Below are positions 8,911 to 18,640 of a stretch of 64,000 nucleotides of DNA, piece by piece. The notes under the pieces were generated by a model that did not search any database, had not been told where the DNA came from, and saw only the letters and a list, made by a program, of their open reading frames with translations. A program made the position numbers and the translations under genes. Origin of the DNA: Candidatus Cloacimonadota bacterium (lineage in GTDB: Bacteria; Cloacimonadota; Cloacimonadia; G963667145); assembly GCA_963667255.1 (NCBI GenBank), contig OY762940.1:608001-672000 (forward strand). Direction: 5' to 3'. Positions within the stretch are counted from its first letter, which is position 1. Every line of letters begins with the position of its first letter.

Positions 8911-9804
8911 ATGAGCGGGACTAACACGGAAATTATATTCATCCACGGCTTAGGGCAGAAGTTGCCTGAGGAGATTTTGCTTTCTTGTTGGCGAAAGTTC
9001 TTGCTTGCCAGTCAGATTGACATCCCCGAAGAGACTATGAGTATGGCTTATTGGGCGGATTGTATCCCAAATCATATTCCGGAAAGCATCCGGCCATCCA
9101 CAGACAAAGCGGTTGAGGATTTACTGGATTTTGTGTCTGCGAACAAAGACAGTTTTCATGTCGGCACAGGAGATGAAGTTGACAAATTTTTCGCTCACAA
9201 GGGGAAAGAGCTGATAAGCATTTTAAACTCCGCAATAGTCCTCAAGGAAAACATTATCAGTTCCGTGTCTCAGGACGCAAAATATTATATCAACGATTCT
9301 CATATTGGGCAACAGATGCGAGGGATTTTGCTCTCCAAAATTGTTTCCGCTTGGGAGAGAGACAAAAAAGTGGTGGTTATCGCTCACAGTTTGGGTTCTG
9401 TGATTGCTTACGATTTGTTTTGGCAATTGTCATATCGTGCTGAATATGAAGAATATAGAGATAAAAAAATTGAAGCTCTTTTTACACTCGGTTCGCCACT
9501 GAGCAACGAAGAAATTTTGGCAAATCTTCTTTCGTCATCTTATCGCAAGAAAAGTTCGTTTTATCCCACAAATATGCAAAATTGGTTCAATTTTTCTTGT
9601 CTCGGAGATGTCGTTACTCACAATTCGAAAATCGGAGAAATTTTCTTGGAGCCAATGAAAAACTTGGGTCTTTTGCAAGATATTCGAGATTATAAAAATC
9701 TGTATAATCCGTATGTTTGCTCGGGGTATCATAACCCGCACAAATCCTATGGCTATCTTGTTCAACCCAAATTAACTAAGTGCTTGAATAAAATTTTATT
9801 TTAA
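8911..9804 (+). CDS. Alpha/beta hydrolase fold protein
   Basis: IFIHGLG, AHSLGSVIAYD nucleophile elbow, FTLGSPL, GDVV, NPHKSYGYL. Confidence 0.75.
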   Translation: MSGTNTEIIFIHGLGQKLPEEILLSCWRKFLLASQIDIPEETMSMAYWADCIPNHIPESIRPSTDKAVEDLLDFVSANKDSFHVGTGDEVDKFFAHKGKELISILNSAIVLKENIISSVSQDAKYYINDSHIGQQMRGILLSKIVSAWERDKKVVVIAHSLGSVIAYDLFWQLSYRAEYEEYRDKKIEALFTLGSPLSNEEILANLLSSSYRKKSSFYPTNMQNWFNFSCLGDVVTHNSKIGEIFLEPMKNLGLLQDIRDYKNLYNPYVCSGYHNPHKSYGYLVQPKLTKCLNKILF

Positions 9805-9921
9805 GCAAAAAATATAGCAATTTTTTCATTTTGTTGTGAATTGATAGTTGAAAATCTTGAAACTTGGGCGGGTATTTTAGTTTTTACCGCCTATTTGTAA
9901 ATTATTTTAGGAGTATATGCA

Positions 9922-11457
9922 ATGAAAAAAATTGGAGAAATTGTTAAGGGTAAAAATAGAATTAAAAGTTTGTTATTGTTCCTAATTGTAAGTTCGGTCT
10001 TTTTAAATATTTTAACATTAGATTACAGCCATGATTGGGGAGGAGATTTTGCTGGATATGTTGGTCAAGCAAATGCTCTTGTAAATGACAATGTTGAGAA
10101 ATTCATAAAAGATTCGGAATTTCGATGTATGTTTTCTGAATCGAAGGTGATAGGTCCTGTCGCTTATCCTTGGGGATACCCTCTAATTTTATATTTTCCC
10201 ATCAAAATTTTTGGAATAAATTTTTTAATTTTAAAAGTAGTAACTTTCATTTTTTTTATTGCTTCTTTATTTATAATTTATTTTTTGTTCAAAAATGAAA
10301 TATCCAAAATAAATAGTTTGTTATTGATACTTATTTTTTCGGCTTCACCTTTCTTTTTTAGTTTTAAACAAAATGTGTTATCAGATATTCCTTCTCTGTT
10401 TTTCGCACTACTTTCCCTTTTATTAATAAAAGTAATTTACTATAATGATGTAAACAAATTATCTCACAAAAAAGAATTTTTTCTATTGATTCTATTAGGA
10501 CTGTCTATTTTTTTGAGCCTATTCATAAGAACAAATTTAATTATTCTTCTACCTTTAATGTTTATAGTTCAGGTATTAAAATATAAAAAGACAATAGTGA
10601 ATAAGAAGTATATATTTCATTTTCTTTTACCGTATTTAATTGTTGGTTTTTCCTATATGCTTACAACTATAGTTTTGCCAATTTCATCATATTCTAGCGT
10701 ATTATCCTTTGGGCTTTTTAAACTATTCCCAATAAGAGCCATAAGAAATATTTATTTTTATTTGTATGTTTTTAGTATTTTTTGGGGGAATTGTTCAGAA
10801 TTTTCTAAACTAATGATGAGAGCTAATATATATGGTTTGGATTTATTTGCAGTAATGCATGGATTTTTTTCAGTTTTTTTTGTAGTAGGATTTTTGCACT
10901 CTGCAAAAGAAAAGTCTTTTTTTGTATTTTTTTTCTTAATTTCTATCGTATTGTTTATATGTTTTCCTTATTTACAAGGATTAAGATATGTTGTAACATT
11001 GATCCCTTTTTATTTATTATTTATATTTAAAGGAATTCTAAAAATAAAATTTAACAAGATAATTGGAGTTAGTTCTCGGAAGATTTTGTATTATGTTTCG
11101 TTGCTTTTGTTTTTGTGCTTTTTCATTCAAAATATTGGGTCTATTGTTGTTGGGAAGACTAAGTATGCAAATAAAGTTGATGGTCCTTTTTCAGAAACTT
11201 CTCAAGAATTGTTTTCTTATTTAAAGAAGAATACTTCTCAAGATTCAATTATAAGTTTTTTTAAACCAAGGGTTCTTTATTTTTTTACAAAAAGAAAATC
11301 TTTTGAAATAAATAGTGTCCCCTATTTTCAAAAAGTTAACCCTAACTATTATGTGTTTTATAAAGGTGGCGATCAAAAAATGCATTTATTTTTGAAAAAT
11401 AATTATAAGCTAATTTTTGAGAATAGATGTTTTGAAGTTTTCAAAATATTTGATTAG
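9922..11457 (+). CDS. GT-C fold membrane glycosyltransferase (ArnT/GT39-like); very AT-rich
   Basis: WGGDFAGYV, YPWGYPLIL, VLSDIP, RYVVTLIP; many transmembrane helices. Confidence 0.7.
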   Translation: MKKIGEIVKGKNRIKSLLLFLIVSSVFLNILTLDYSHDWGGDFAGYVGQANALVNDNVEKFIKDSEFRCMFSESKVIGPVAYPWGYPLILYFPIKIFGINFLILKVVTFIFFIASLFIIYFLFKNEISKINSLLLILIFSASPFFFSFKQNVLSDIPSLFFALLSLLLIKVIYYNDVNKLSHKKEFFLLILLGLSIFLSLFIRTNLIILLPLMFIVQVLKYKKTIVNKKYIFHFLLPYLIVGFSYMLTTIVLPISSYSSVLSFGLFKLFPIRAIRNIYFYLYVFSIFWGNCSEFSKLMMRANIYGLDLFAVMHGFFSVFFVVGFLHSAKEKSFFVFFFLISIVLFICFPYLQGLRYVVTLIPFYLLFIFKGILKIKFNKIIGVSSRKILYYVSLLLFLCFFIQNIGSIVVGKTKYANKVDGPFSETSQELFSYLKKNTSQDSIISFFKPRVLYFFTKRKSFEINSVPYFQKVNPNYYVFYKGGDQKMHLFLKNNYKLIFENRCFEVFKIFD

Positions 11458-11610
11458 GAAATTTGGATAAGTTTTTAATTTATAACTTTAACATGGGCAA
11501 AAAGTTAATTATTCTTAAAATTTTACTGAGAAACTAATTTTACTTGACTTGGATAACTGCTTAATTTTTTTGGTTTGGCAAGAAAATATTAAATTGAAGG
11601 AATTTGCATA

Positions 11611-11889
11611 ATGGTTAAGTTAAGATTGAAAAGGATGGGCAGAAAAAATATCCCGTTTTACAGAATTGTGGCTGTTGATAGTCGCAAAAAACGAGATGGA
11701 GCATATATAGAAGCCTTAGGTTATTATAGTCCCAAAAGTGAAGATGATAGGGTAAAAATTGATGCGGTGATTGCTAAAAAATGGCTCAATTTGGGTGCTC
11801 AGCCTACAGATACAGTAAAATCTCTGTTGAGAGAAGAAGGTATTCTCAAGGGTTGGCACGAAGAAAAAGTTGCTGCGGCTAAAAACTAA
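11611..11889 (+). CDS. rpsP: 30S ribosomal protein S16
   Basis: [28 protein letters not shown]. Confidence 0.98.
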   Translation: MVKLRLKRMGRKNIPFYRIVAVDSRKKRDGAYIEALGYYSPKSEDDRVKIDAVIAKKWLNLGAQPTDTVKSLLREEGILKGWHEEKVAAAKN

Positions 11890-11891
11890 GC

Positions 11892-12128
11892 GTGCAAACG
11901 AAAGAGCTGTTAACTGTATTAATAAGTGAGTTGGTTGATTTTCCTGCTGAAGTTGTCGTTGAAGAGTTTGATGGAGATTTCGGGGAAATTTTTCAAGTGA
12001 AATTAAATAAAGAAGATATTGGGAAAGTTGTCGGGAAAAAGGGTAAAACTGTTTCCGCTTTGAGACAATTGTTCAAGAGCATTGCTCGCAAAAGTGGAAA
12101 GTCGTTCGAGTTGGAGATAGTTGAATAA
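11892..12128 (+). CDS. khpA: KH-domain RNA-binding protein KhpA
   Basis: DIGKVVGKKGKTV (GxxG); position after rpsP. Confidence 0.9.
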   Translation: MQTKELLTVLISELVDFPAEVVVEEFDGDFGEIFQVKLNKEDIGKVVGKKGKTVSALRQLFKSIARKSGKSFELEIVE

Positions 12129-12627
12129 TTCGAGTGTAATTGTTTTGGCTTCTTTTCGAGGTTATTTGTTGAGTTCGGAAAGATTTGTGAGGCTGAAACT
12201 AAATAGAAGTTGGCATAGAAGTGTTAGTAAAAGTGACTATTTTTTGTTACTATTCGGTCGGGAGATTAGATACTTGGACAGTTTTAGATTGGAGTATCCC
12301 GAAGAGAGTGACGAGGCTTGTATAGCGATAGATGACGAGGATTTGGTGCAAGAGCTTTTGCAGTCCAAAAATGTTGGTTTGGGTTTATTGAAGAAAGATT
12401 ACCAAGGTTTGACTTCCGATGGTTGTCCCTACAGCGGATTTGAGGTTTATTATCAAGACGAATTGATGGGCAAGGTTCTCGGTTATAGCAATGAAAGTGG
12501 CTTGCCTGTTTTGGAGATTGATGTGAATGGCGAAGTGTTGTTAGTTCCTAAGGTTGATGAGTATATTGCGAGTGTTGATGATAACGCATTGCGATTACAG
12601 AATATAGAAGATTTATTGCAGTTATGA
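12121..12627 (+). CDS. rimM: Ribosome maturation factor RimM (divergent)
   Basis: Position between khpA and trmD; C-terminal PRC-barrel-like GKVLGY..VLEI..EVLLVPKVDEYI. Confidence 0.65.
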   Translation: MNNSSVIVLASFRGYLLSSERFVRLKLNRSWHRSVSKSDYFLLLFGREIRYLDSFRLEYPEESDEACIAIDDEDLVQELLQSKNVGLGLLKKDYQGLTSDGCPYSGFEVYYQDELMGKVLGYSNESGLPVLEIDVNGEVLLVPKVDEYIASVDDNALRLQNIEDLLQL

Positions 12628-13295
12628 AGATAGATGTTCTAACGATTTTTCCGGAGATGTTTCCCGTTTTTTTGGAGACAAGCATTGTCGGTCTTGCTCA
12701 TCAGAAAGACCAATTATCGACAAGAATCGTTGATATTCGAGATTTTTCCAGAGACAAGCATAAGAAAGTGGACGACTATCCTTATGGTGGTGGCGGTGGA
12801 ATGGTGATGTCGCCTCAACCGTTGACGGACGCTTTGCGGGATTGTGATTATCAGACAGCTGATGAGGTTATCTATTTTACTCCGCAAGGAAAACCGTTGT
12901 TGCAAGCCGATTTACACAGCTTGAAAACGAAGCGAAAGATTGTTCTGGTTTGCGGACATTACAAGGATATCGACCAAAGAATCCGCGAAAAATATATCAC
13001 CAAGGAATTTTCTGTTGGCGATTATGTTCTTTCTGGAGGCGAGTTGCCGGCGATGATTTTTATCGATGGGATTGCCAGACTATTGGATGGAGTTCTTGGA
13101 AATATTGAATCTGCATTGAGCGACTCTTTTGAAGACGGGATTTTGGGTGCTCCGAGTTATACGAGACCAGAGGAGTTTGAGGGGATGAAAGTTCCAGCTG
13201 TTCTTCTTGGCGGTAATCACGCAGAGATAAACAGATGGCGAAAAGAGAAAGCCTTGGAAATTACCGAAAAGAATAGAAAAGATTTGCTGAAATGA
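12624..13295 (+). CDS. trmD: tRNA (guanine-N1)-methyltransferase
   Basis: MKIDVLTIFPEMF, VDDYPYGGG.GMV, SVGDYVLSGGE, YTRP. Confidence 0.97.
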   Translation: MKIDVLTIFPEMFPVFLETSIVGLAHQKDQLSTRIVDIRDFSRDKHKKVDDYPYGGGGGMVMSPQPLTDALRDCDYQTADEVIYFTPQGKPLLQADLHSLKTKRKIVLVCGHYKDIDQRIREKYITKEFSVGDYVLSGGELPAMIFIDGIARLLDGVLGNIESALSDSFEDGILGAPSYTRPEEFEGMKVPAVLLGGNHAEINRWRKEKALEITEKNRKDLLK

Positions 13296-13840
13296 AAAGC
13301 GTTTACTTGGCTTTGCTCCATTGCGATGTTGTTGACAAGAGCGGGAACGAGGTTGTGACCTCCATCACTAATTTAGATGTTCACGATATTTCTCGCAGTT
13401 GCACATCTTTTGGAGTTGACGGCTTTTTTGTGGTAAATCCACTATCGGGGCAGAAAGAGTTTTTGCAAAGAGTTTTGAATTTCTGGGAGACAGATTTTGC
13501 TCGGGAATACAATCCCGATAGAGTAGAAGCGTTGAGAGTCACTGAGTATGCGAAAAATTTAAAAGAAGTAATAAATAAAATTATAGATAGAGATAGTGAA
13601 TATCCGATAGTTGTGAGCACTACAGCGAAGAGAATGGATAATCAAATAGAGATAGAAACTCTGAGAAAGATGAGTGATAAGCCGCTATTGTTGTTGTTTG
13701 GAACAGGTGGTGGTCTTAGTAACCAAGTGCATGAGAGTGCAGATTACATATTAGCTCCTCTGCAATGTGGAGGCAAGTATAATCATCTTTCGGTTCGGAG
13801 TGCCGTTGCTATTATTTTGGATAGGTTGCTGTCTATATAA
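13292..13840 (+). CDS. SPOUT-class RNA methyltransferase (DUF2168-like)
   Basis: TSITNLDVHDISRS, LLLFGTGGGL, YNHLSVRSAVAIILDRL. Confidence 0.85.
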   Translation: MKSVYLALLHCDVVDKSGNEVVTSITNLDVHDISRSCTSFGVDGFFVVNPLSGQKEFLQRVLNFWETDFAREYNPDRVEALRVTEYAKNLKEVINKIIDRDSEYPIVVSTTAKRMDNQIEIETLRKMSDKPLLLLFGTGGGLSNQVHESADYILAPLQCGGKYNHLSVRSAVAIILDRLLSI

Positions 13841-13852
13841 GGAGTTGATAAA

Positions 13853-14200
13853 ATGGATATATTAAACGAAGTTGGTAAAGAACTGGTAAGAACCGACCTT
13901 CCTGAATTTGGAGTTGGGGATACCGTGCGAGTTGATTATAAAATTAAAGAGGGTGCTAAAGAGAGAATACAAGCTTTTCAAGGTATTGTTATTCAAAAGA
14001 GAGGAAGCGATGTTTCCAAGACTTTTACCGTGAGAAAAGTGAGTAACGGTGTAGCTGTGGAGAGAGTTTTTCCTATGTCCACTCCTCTTATTGCCAAGTT
14101 GGAAGTCTTGAGATTTGGCAAAGTCAGAAGAGCTAAGTTGTTCTATTTGCGTGAAGCCAGTGGAAGAAGAGCTAAGATTAAAGAGAAAAAACAATATTAG
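13853..14200 (+). CDS. rplS: 50S ribosomal protein L19
   Basis: [30 protein letters not shown]. Confidence 0.98.
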   Translation: MDILNEVGKELVRTDLPEFGVGDTVRVDYKIKEGAKERIQAFQGIVIQKRGSDVSKTFTVRKVSNGVAVERVFPMSTPLIAKLEVLRFGKVRRAKLFYLREASGRRAKIKEKKQY

Positions 14201-14210
14201 ATTTTTATAA

Positions 14211-15038
14211 ATGCTGACAGGTAATGCTTACGCCAAGATTAATTTATATTTGGATACTTTGTCCAGAGGCGAGCAATATACCGAGATAAGGACGATTTTT
14301 GCCGAGATTGATTTGCACGATGTCCTGAGAGTGGAAAGAAATAGAAGTGGTGAGGTTGGGTTTGGATGTGATGATAAACAGTTGCAAACCGAAGAAAACC
14401 TTGTTTGCAGAGTTGCAAAGTATCTGCAAGATAGATTTGAGGTCTCGTGGGGAGTAGATATTTTTTTACAGAAAAATATTCCCGTTGCCGCAGGATTGGG
14501 CGGGGGCAGTAGCGATGCTGCGAAAATCCTCACCATGCTCAACGATGAGTGGGATTTGGATTTGTCTTTCGATGAGCAGAACGAGATAGCGTCTCTTTTT
14601 GGTAGTGATATTAATTTCTTCCTGCATGGAGGGACTTGTATTGGCACCGGACGAGGGGAGAAGATTAGCAAGATTGATTTAGTAGTAAACGATAAAATTT
14701 TGTTAATAAATCCTAATGTGCCTATCTCCAGCAGAGAGGCTTATCAAGCGGTAGAGAATTTCGAGGCTACGGAGAACTTCGACAAATTTATAAATTCTGC
14801 TGACACGAAGTTTTGCTATAACGCTTTGCAAGCAGGAGTTGAGAGACTTTATCCTATTATAAAGGAGAGTGTAAACGGTTTGCTTGACAGCGGAGCAACT
14901 TCTGCGATACTTTCTGGAAGTGGGGCTACTATAATCGGATTTTTTGACGATATGAGCTCTTTAAGTTTGGCAAATAATTATTTTAAAAAGAAAAATTTTT
15001 GGACATCAATTACTAAAATTGGAAGGAGTGAAACATGA
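14211..15038 (+). CDS. ispE: 4-diphosphocytidyl-2-C-methyl-D-erythritol kinase
   Basis: AYAKINLYL, KNIPVAAGLGGGSSDAA, GSD, LSGSGAT. Confidence 0.95.
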   Translation: MLTGNAYAKINLYLDTLSRGEQYTEIRTIFAEIDLHDVLRVERNRSGEVGFGCDDKQLQTEENLVCRVAKYLQDRFEVSWGVDIFLQKNIPVAAGLGGGSSDAAKILTMLNDEWDLDLSFDEQNEIASLFGSDINFFLHGGTCIGTGRGEKISKIDLVVNDKILLINPNVPISSREAYQAVENFEATENFDKFINSADTKFCYNALQAGVERLYPIIKESVNGLLDSGATSAILSGSGATIIGFFDDMSSLSLANNYFKKKNFWTSITKIGRSET

Positions 15039-15304
15039 ACATTACAAAAGTAGAAGTATTCTTGAGAGACGATGACAAACCATTGAAGGCTTTTGTTAAT
15101 CTCATTTTTGATGATAGCTTTATCGTTAGAAATGTAAAAGTTATCGACGGTAGCAACGGTATGTTTGTTGCTATGCCAAATCGTCAGTTGGGTGATGGAT
15201 CTTACCGCGATATTGCACATCCTCTTAACTCTGATACGAGAAAAGAGATAGAGGAATTGGTGTTGCAAAAGTATGAGGAAGAAAAAAGAAATTCTGAAGC
15301 TTAA
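15035..15304 (+). CDS. spoVG: SpoVG family nucleic-acid-binding protein
   Basis: MNITKV, VKVIDG..GMFVAMP, YRDIAHP. Confidence 0.93.
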   Translation: MNITKVEVFLRDDDKPLKAFVNLIFDDSFIVRNVKVIDGSNGMFVAMPNRQLGDGSYRDIAHPLNSDTRKEIEELVLQKYEEEKRNSEA

Positions 15305-15340
15305 AATTGCTGGCAATTTTTAGTTAATAAGGAGAATAGC

Positions 15341-16375
15341 ATTAAAATATTTTCAGGCAACGCTAATAAATATTTAGCGAAACGGGTCTCTGAATATATA
15401 GAGGGCGAAGGTGCCGTAGATGTTATGGGTAAGGCGGAGGTCTTCGAGTTTTCCAATGGAGAGACTTTCGCCAAACTTTGTGAAAGCACCAGAAATAGGG
15501 ATGTTTTTGTTTTTCAACCTATCTGCCCATCGGAAATAGTGGAGAGAGAAGACAAGAACAAATATCGCACCGTTAATGACAATTTAATGGAACTTTTGAT
15601 TTTGATGGACGCTTGCAAGAGGGCATCTGCCAAAAGCGTAAGTTGTGTTATCCCTTACTATGGCTATTCTAGAACTGACAAAAAAGACCAATCCGGCTCT
15701 CCTATCACGGCGAAGCTCGTAGCGGATATGCTGGAATCTGCCGGTGCTCAGAGGATTATCACTTTTGATTTGCACTCTCAACAGATACAAGGTTTTTTTA
15801 ATATTCCAGTTGATAACTTGTCGGCTTCTTATCTTTTTGCCAAACATTTTTACGATGGATATGGGATTGAAGTTATCGTTTCTCCCGATTCGGGAGGAGT
15901 AGCCAGAGCCAGAGAGTTGTCCAAGCGGATTAACTATGCTCGCCGAAGTGATAAAAAGTGTGTGGAAAAGATTCAAACTGCAATTGCTTTCGGAGATAAG
16001 AGACGAGTTGGGAATGATGACAATGCCGATTTGACCCATATAATCGGTGATGTTGAGGGGAAAAATGTCTTAATCTCGGACGACATTGTAGATACTGCAG
16101 GGTCTCTCGTAAAAGTCGCTTCCGCCTTGCGTAAGCACGGAGCGAAGAAGATTTATGCCGCTTGCGTGCACGGAGTGCTTTCCGGTCCTGCCATAGAAAG
16201 ATTAGAAAATTCTTGCTTGGAGAAAATTTTTATAACGGATACGATTCCTCTGTCAAAAGAGGTTAGAAGTTGTAGTCGTTTGGAGATTATCTCTATAGCA
16301 AAACTTTTAGCAAAAGCTGTATATAATATTAGTGAAAAGAAATCCGTCAGTGAATTGTTCATGATGGATTTGTAG
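15341..16375 (+). CDS. prs: Ribose-phosphate pyrophosphokinase; probable non-canonical ATT start
   Basis: FSNGE, NDNLMEL, PYYGYSR.DK, DLHS.QIQGFF, SPDSGG, DDIVDTAGS; conserved N-terminus IKIFSGNANKYLA lies in frame upstream of the ORF-track ATG (15425), and TAAGGAG sits 6 nt before ATT 15341. Confidence 0.93.
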   Translation: MKIFSGNANKYLAKRVSEYIEGEGAVDVMGKAEVFEFSNGETFAKLCESTRNRDVFVFQPICPSEIVEREDKNKYRTVNDNLMELLILMDACKRASAKSVSCVIPYYGYSRTDKKDQSGSPITAKLVADMLESAGAQRIITFDLHSQQIQGFFNIPVDNLSASYLFAKHFYDGYGIEVIVSPDSGGVARARELSKRINYARRSDKKCVEKIQTAIAFGDKRRVGNDDNADLTHIIGDVEGKNVLISDDIVDTAGSLVKVASALRKHGAKKIYAACVHGVLSGPAIERLENSCLEKIFITDTIPLSKEVRSCSRLEIISIAKLLAKAVYNISEKKSVSELFMMDL

Positions 16376-16394
16376 GAAAAAGAGGTAGCTTAAG

Positions 16395-17015
16395 ATGGAT
16401 TTTAATTTAAAAGTTGAAAAAAGAGCTGTGGCTCAAAAGAAATCTGATAGTAAAAATATTAGAAATGCGGGATATATCCCTGCAATCATTTATGGAGATG
16501 GGAAAGAAGGCGTTCCTATTAAACTGAAATCTAATGAGTTTGTAAAAGCTTATAATAGGTCTCTTGGGGAACTTGTTTTCTTTAATCTTGATGTTGACGG
16601 CAAGAACTATAAGACGGTAATCAAGAGCAAGCAAGTGCATCCAAGCACTAGAAGATTGCTCCACATCGATTTTATGGAGCTTACCAAAGGGCACACAGTT
16701 ACGGTGGATATTCCGATTAAATTGGTTGGGGACTCCGTTGGTGTGCGTGAAGGTGGTATAGTCGATTTTTTATTGCACACTCTTTCTGTCAGTTGTCTTC
16801 CTTCTCAGATTGTTTCCGAGATTGAGGTTGATATTAGCAACTTGGCTATTGGAGAAAACTTGCGTGTTCAAGACATAAATCTTGGAAAGTTGCATGCGAA
16901 TGTTGACCCTGAGAACTCTGTTGTTAACATTCTTCCTCCTATCAAAGCAGCTGCTGATAGTGAGACTGAAGGTGAGCAAGAGGGAAAAGCCGAGGCACAA
17001 ACTCTGGCTGAATAG
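16395..17015 (+). CDS. rplY: 50S ribosomal protein L25/Ctc
   Basis: IPAIIYG, QVHP...LLHIDF, GVREGG. Confidence 0.95.
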   Translation: MDFNLKVEKRAVAQKKSDSKNIRNAGYIPAIIYGDGKEGVPIKLKSNEFVKAYNRSLGELVFFNLDVDGKNYKTVIKSKQVHPSTRRLLHIDFMELTKGHTVTVDIPIKLVGDSVGVREGGIVDFLLHTLSVSCLPSQIVSEIEVDISNLAIGENLRVQDINLGKLHANVDPENSVVNILPPIKAAADSETEGEQEGKAEAQTLAE

Positions 17016-17018
17016 TTT

Positions 17019-17597
17019 TTGGTTACTCTGATAGTTGGGCTTGGGAATATAGGCAATAAATACGAAAATACCAGGCATAATATAGGTTTTATGTTGATAG
17101 ATTATTTGGCTTCCCAGTGGGGAGTCAAATTTTTTAGTTCGGCTAATTTCTATTTTGCACGGAAGAGAGATTGTGTTTTGCTTAAACCTCGAACGATGAT
17201 GAATTTGAGTGGTGTGGCTGTTAAGGATGCTTGCAAGAGATTTAATCCCGAGAAGGTTTTGATTGTCTTTGATGATGTGAATATCGATTTTGCTCAGTTG
17301 AGGATTCGTAATTCCGGCTCTGCCGGTGGGCACAACGGAGTGAAGTCTATTATCGAAAAATTGCAGACTGATGAATTTGCAAGACTTCGGATTGGTGTTG
17401 GTGGTGGAGAAAAGGCGAGTCTAATCGGGCATGTTTTGGGTAATTTTAATGCTGACCAAAAGAAAAAATTGCTGGTAGTTTTGGGATTTTCCGCAGAGCT
17501 CTTGGATGTTTTTATTGAGCAGGATTTGACCAAAATGTTGGAATATTACAGTAAAAATAAAAAGACCTATTCTGAACGGGTTGTTCAGGATCTTTAG
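17019..17597 (+). CDS. pth: Peptidyl-tRNA hydrolase
   Basis: LIVGLGN.G..Y..TRHNIGF, KP.T.MNLSG, GSAGGHNGVKSI, RLRIGVG. Confidence 0.96.
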   Translation: MVTLIVGLGNIGNKYENTRHNIGFMLIDYLASQWGVKFFSSANFYFARKRDCVLLKPRTMMNLSGVAVKDACKRFNPEKVLIVFDDVNIDFAQLRIRNSGSAGGHNGVKSIIEKLQTDEFARLRIGVGGGEKASLIGHVLGNFNADQKKKLLVVLGFSAELLDVFIEQDLTKMLEYYSKNKKTYSERVVQDL

Positions 17598-17623
17598 GAA
17601 TAAAGACCAAAGGAGAAATTAAT

Positions 17624-17905
17624 ATGAACTACGAAAGTATGTTTTTGATTAATCAGGATTTGTCGCAGGAAGAAGCGGACGCTATCAACCAAATTGTCCT
17701 CGATTATATCAAAGATAACGGAGGAGAGGTTACCTCCAGTGAGAGCATGGGTAAGAAGCAATTGGCTTATCCGATTAAAAAGAGAGAAAGTGCTTACTAC
17801 TATCTTAACTATTTCAGTTTGGAAGTAGATAAACTCGACGGTTTGGAGAAACTTTATCGTTACAACGAAAATGTAATAAGGTTTTTGACGACTGTTAGAG
17901 ATTAG
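17624..17905 (+). CDS. rpsF: 30S ribosomal protein S6
   Basis: YESMFL, GKKQLAYPIKK, VIRFL. Confidence 0.95.
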   Translation: MNYESMFLINQDLSQEEADAINQIVLDYIKDNGGEVTSSESMGKKQLAYPIKKRESAYYYLNYFSLEVDKLDGLEKLYRYNENVIRFLTTVRD

Positions 17906-17940
17906 AGTGGTTTTATTTTAGAAGAAGAAAGGGGTGAATT

Positions 17941-18381
17941 ATGAGTAAAAAATTTAGATTACCAAACATTAATTCTGTTACTATTTCCGGAAGATTAACT
18001 CGTGATTTGGAGCTTCGTTACTTAAATTCGGGGACACAAGTTGTTACTTTGCCTTTGGCTTTTTCTCGTAGTTATCGGGATAAGCAAGGTCAGTGGCAAC
18101 AAGAGACCAGTTTTTTGGATGTGATAGTTTGGAGTGCGGTTGCCGAGAGATGTGCTCAAGTTTTGAAGAAAGGTGATCCTGTCTTGGTTGAGGGTAGTTT
18201 GCGAACCAGAATGTATACAACCAAAGATGGCAAGAATATGAAAATAACTGAAATTCAAGCCAATAGAGTTCATTTTTTGGAAGTAGAGGACAATGGTAGT
18301 TCTGCTCAAGATTCCGGCTCTGGCGACTCTCAGTTCGTTGAACCCAAAATGGATTTTGATGACGAGAGCGTGCCCTTTTAA
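17941..18381 (+). CDS. ssb: Single-stranded DNA-binding protein
   Basis: NSVTISGRLTRDLELRY, KGDPVLVEGSLRTR, acidic tail DDESVPF. Confidence 0.96.
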   Translation: MSKKFRLPNINSVTISGRLTRDLELRYLNSGTQVVTLPLAFSRSYRDKQGQWQQETSFLDVIVWSAVAERCAQVLKKGDPVLVEGSLRTRMYTTKDGKNMKITEIQANRVHFLEVEDNGSSAQDSGSGDSQFVEPKMDFDDESVPF

Positions 18382-18406
18382 TTAAATTAAATAAGGATTT
18401 TTAATT

Positions 18407-18640
18407 ATGGCTTTTAGAAAGAAAAAAATAGTTTTTAAGAAAAAAAAATGTAAATTCTGTGAAAACAAAGAGTTAGAGATTGATTACAAGAATGTGGATT
18501 TATTGAAAAAGATGATTTCGGAAAGTGGCAAGATTCTTTCTCGCAGATTTTCCGGTAATTGTGCCAAACACCAAAGAGCGGTTTCAAGGGAGATAAAAAA
18601 GGCAAGACAAGTAGCTTTATTGCCCTACAAAAGAGTATGA
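18407..18640 (+). CDS. rpsR: 30S ribosomal protein S18
   Basis: [28 protein letters not shown]. Confidence 0.97.
   Translation: MAFRKKKIVFKKKKCKFCENKELEIDYKNVDLLKKMISESGKILSRRFSGNCAKHQRAVSREIKKARQVALLPYKRV

Noticed and set aside
15035..16375. SpoVG-Prs fusion by stop read-through (same frame)
   Set aside because: TAA is a strong stop, and a well-placed Shine-Dalgarno before ATT 15341 explains independent initiation more simply
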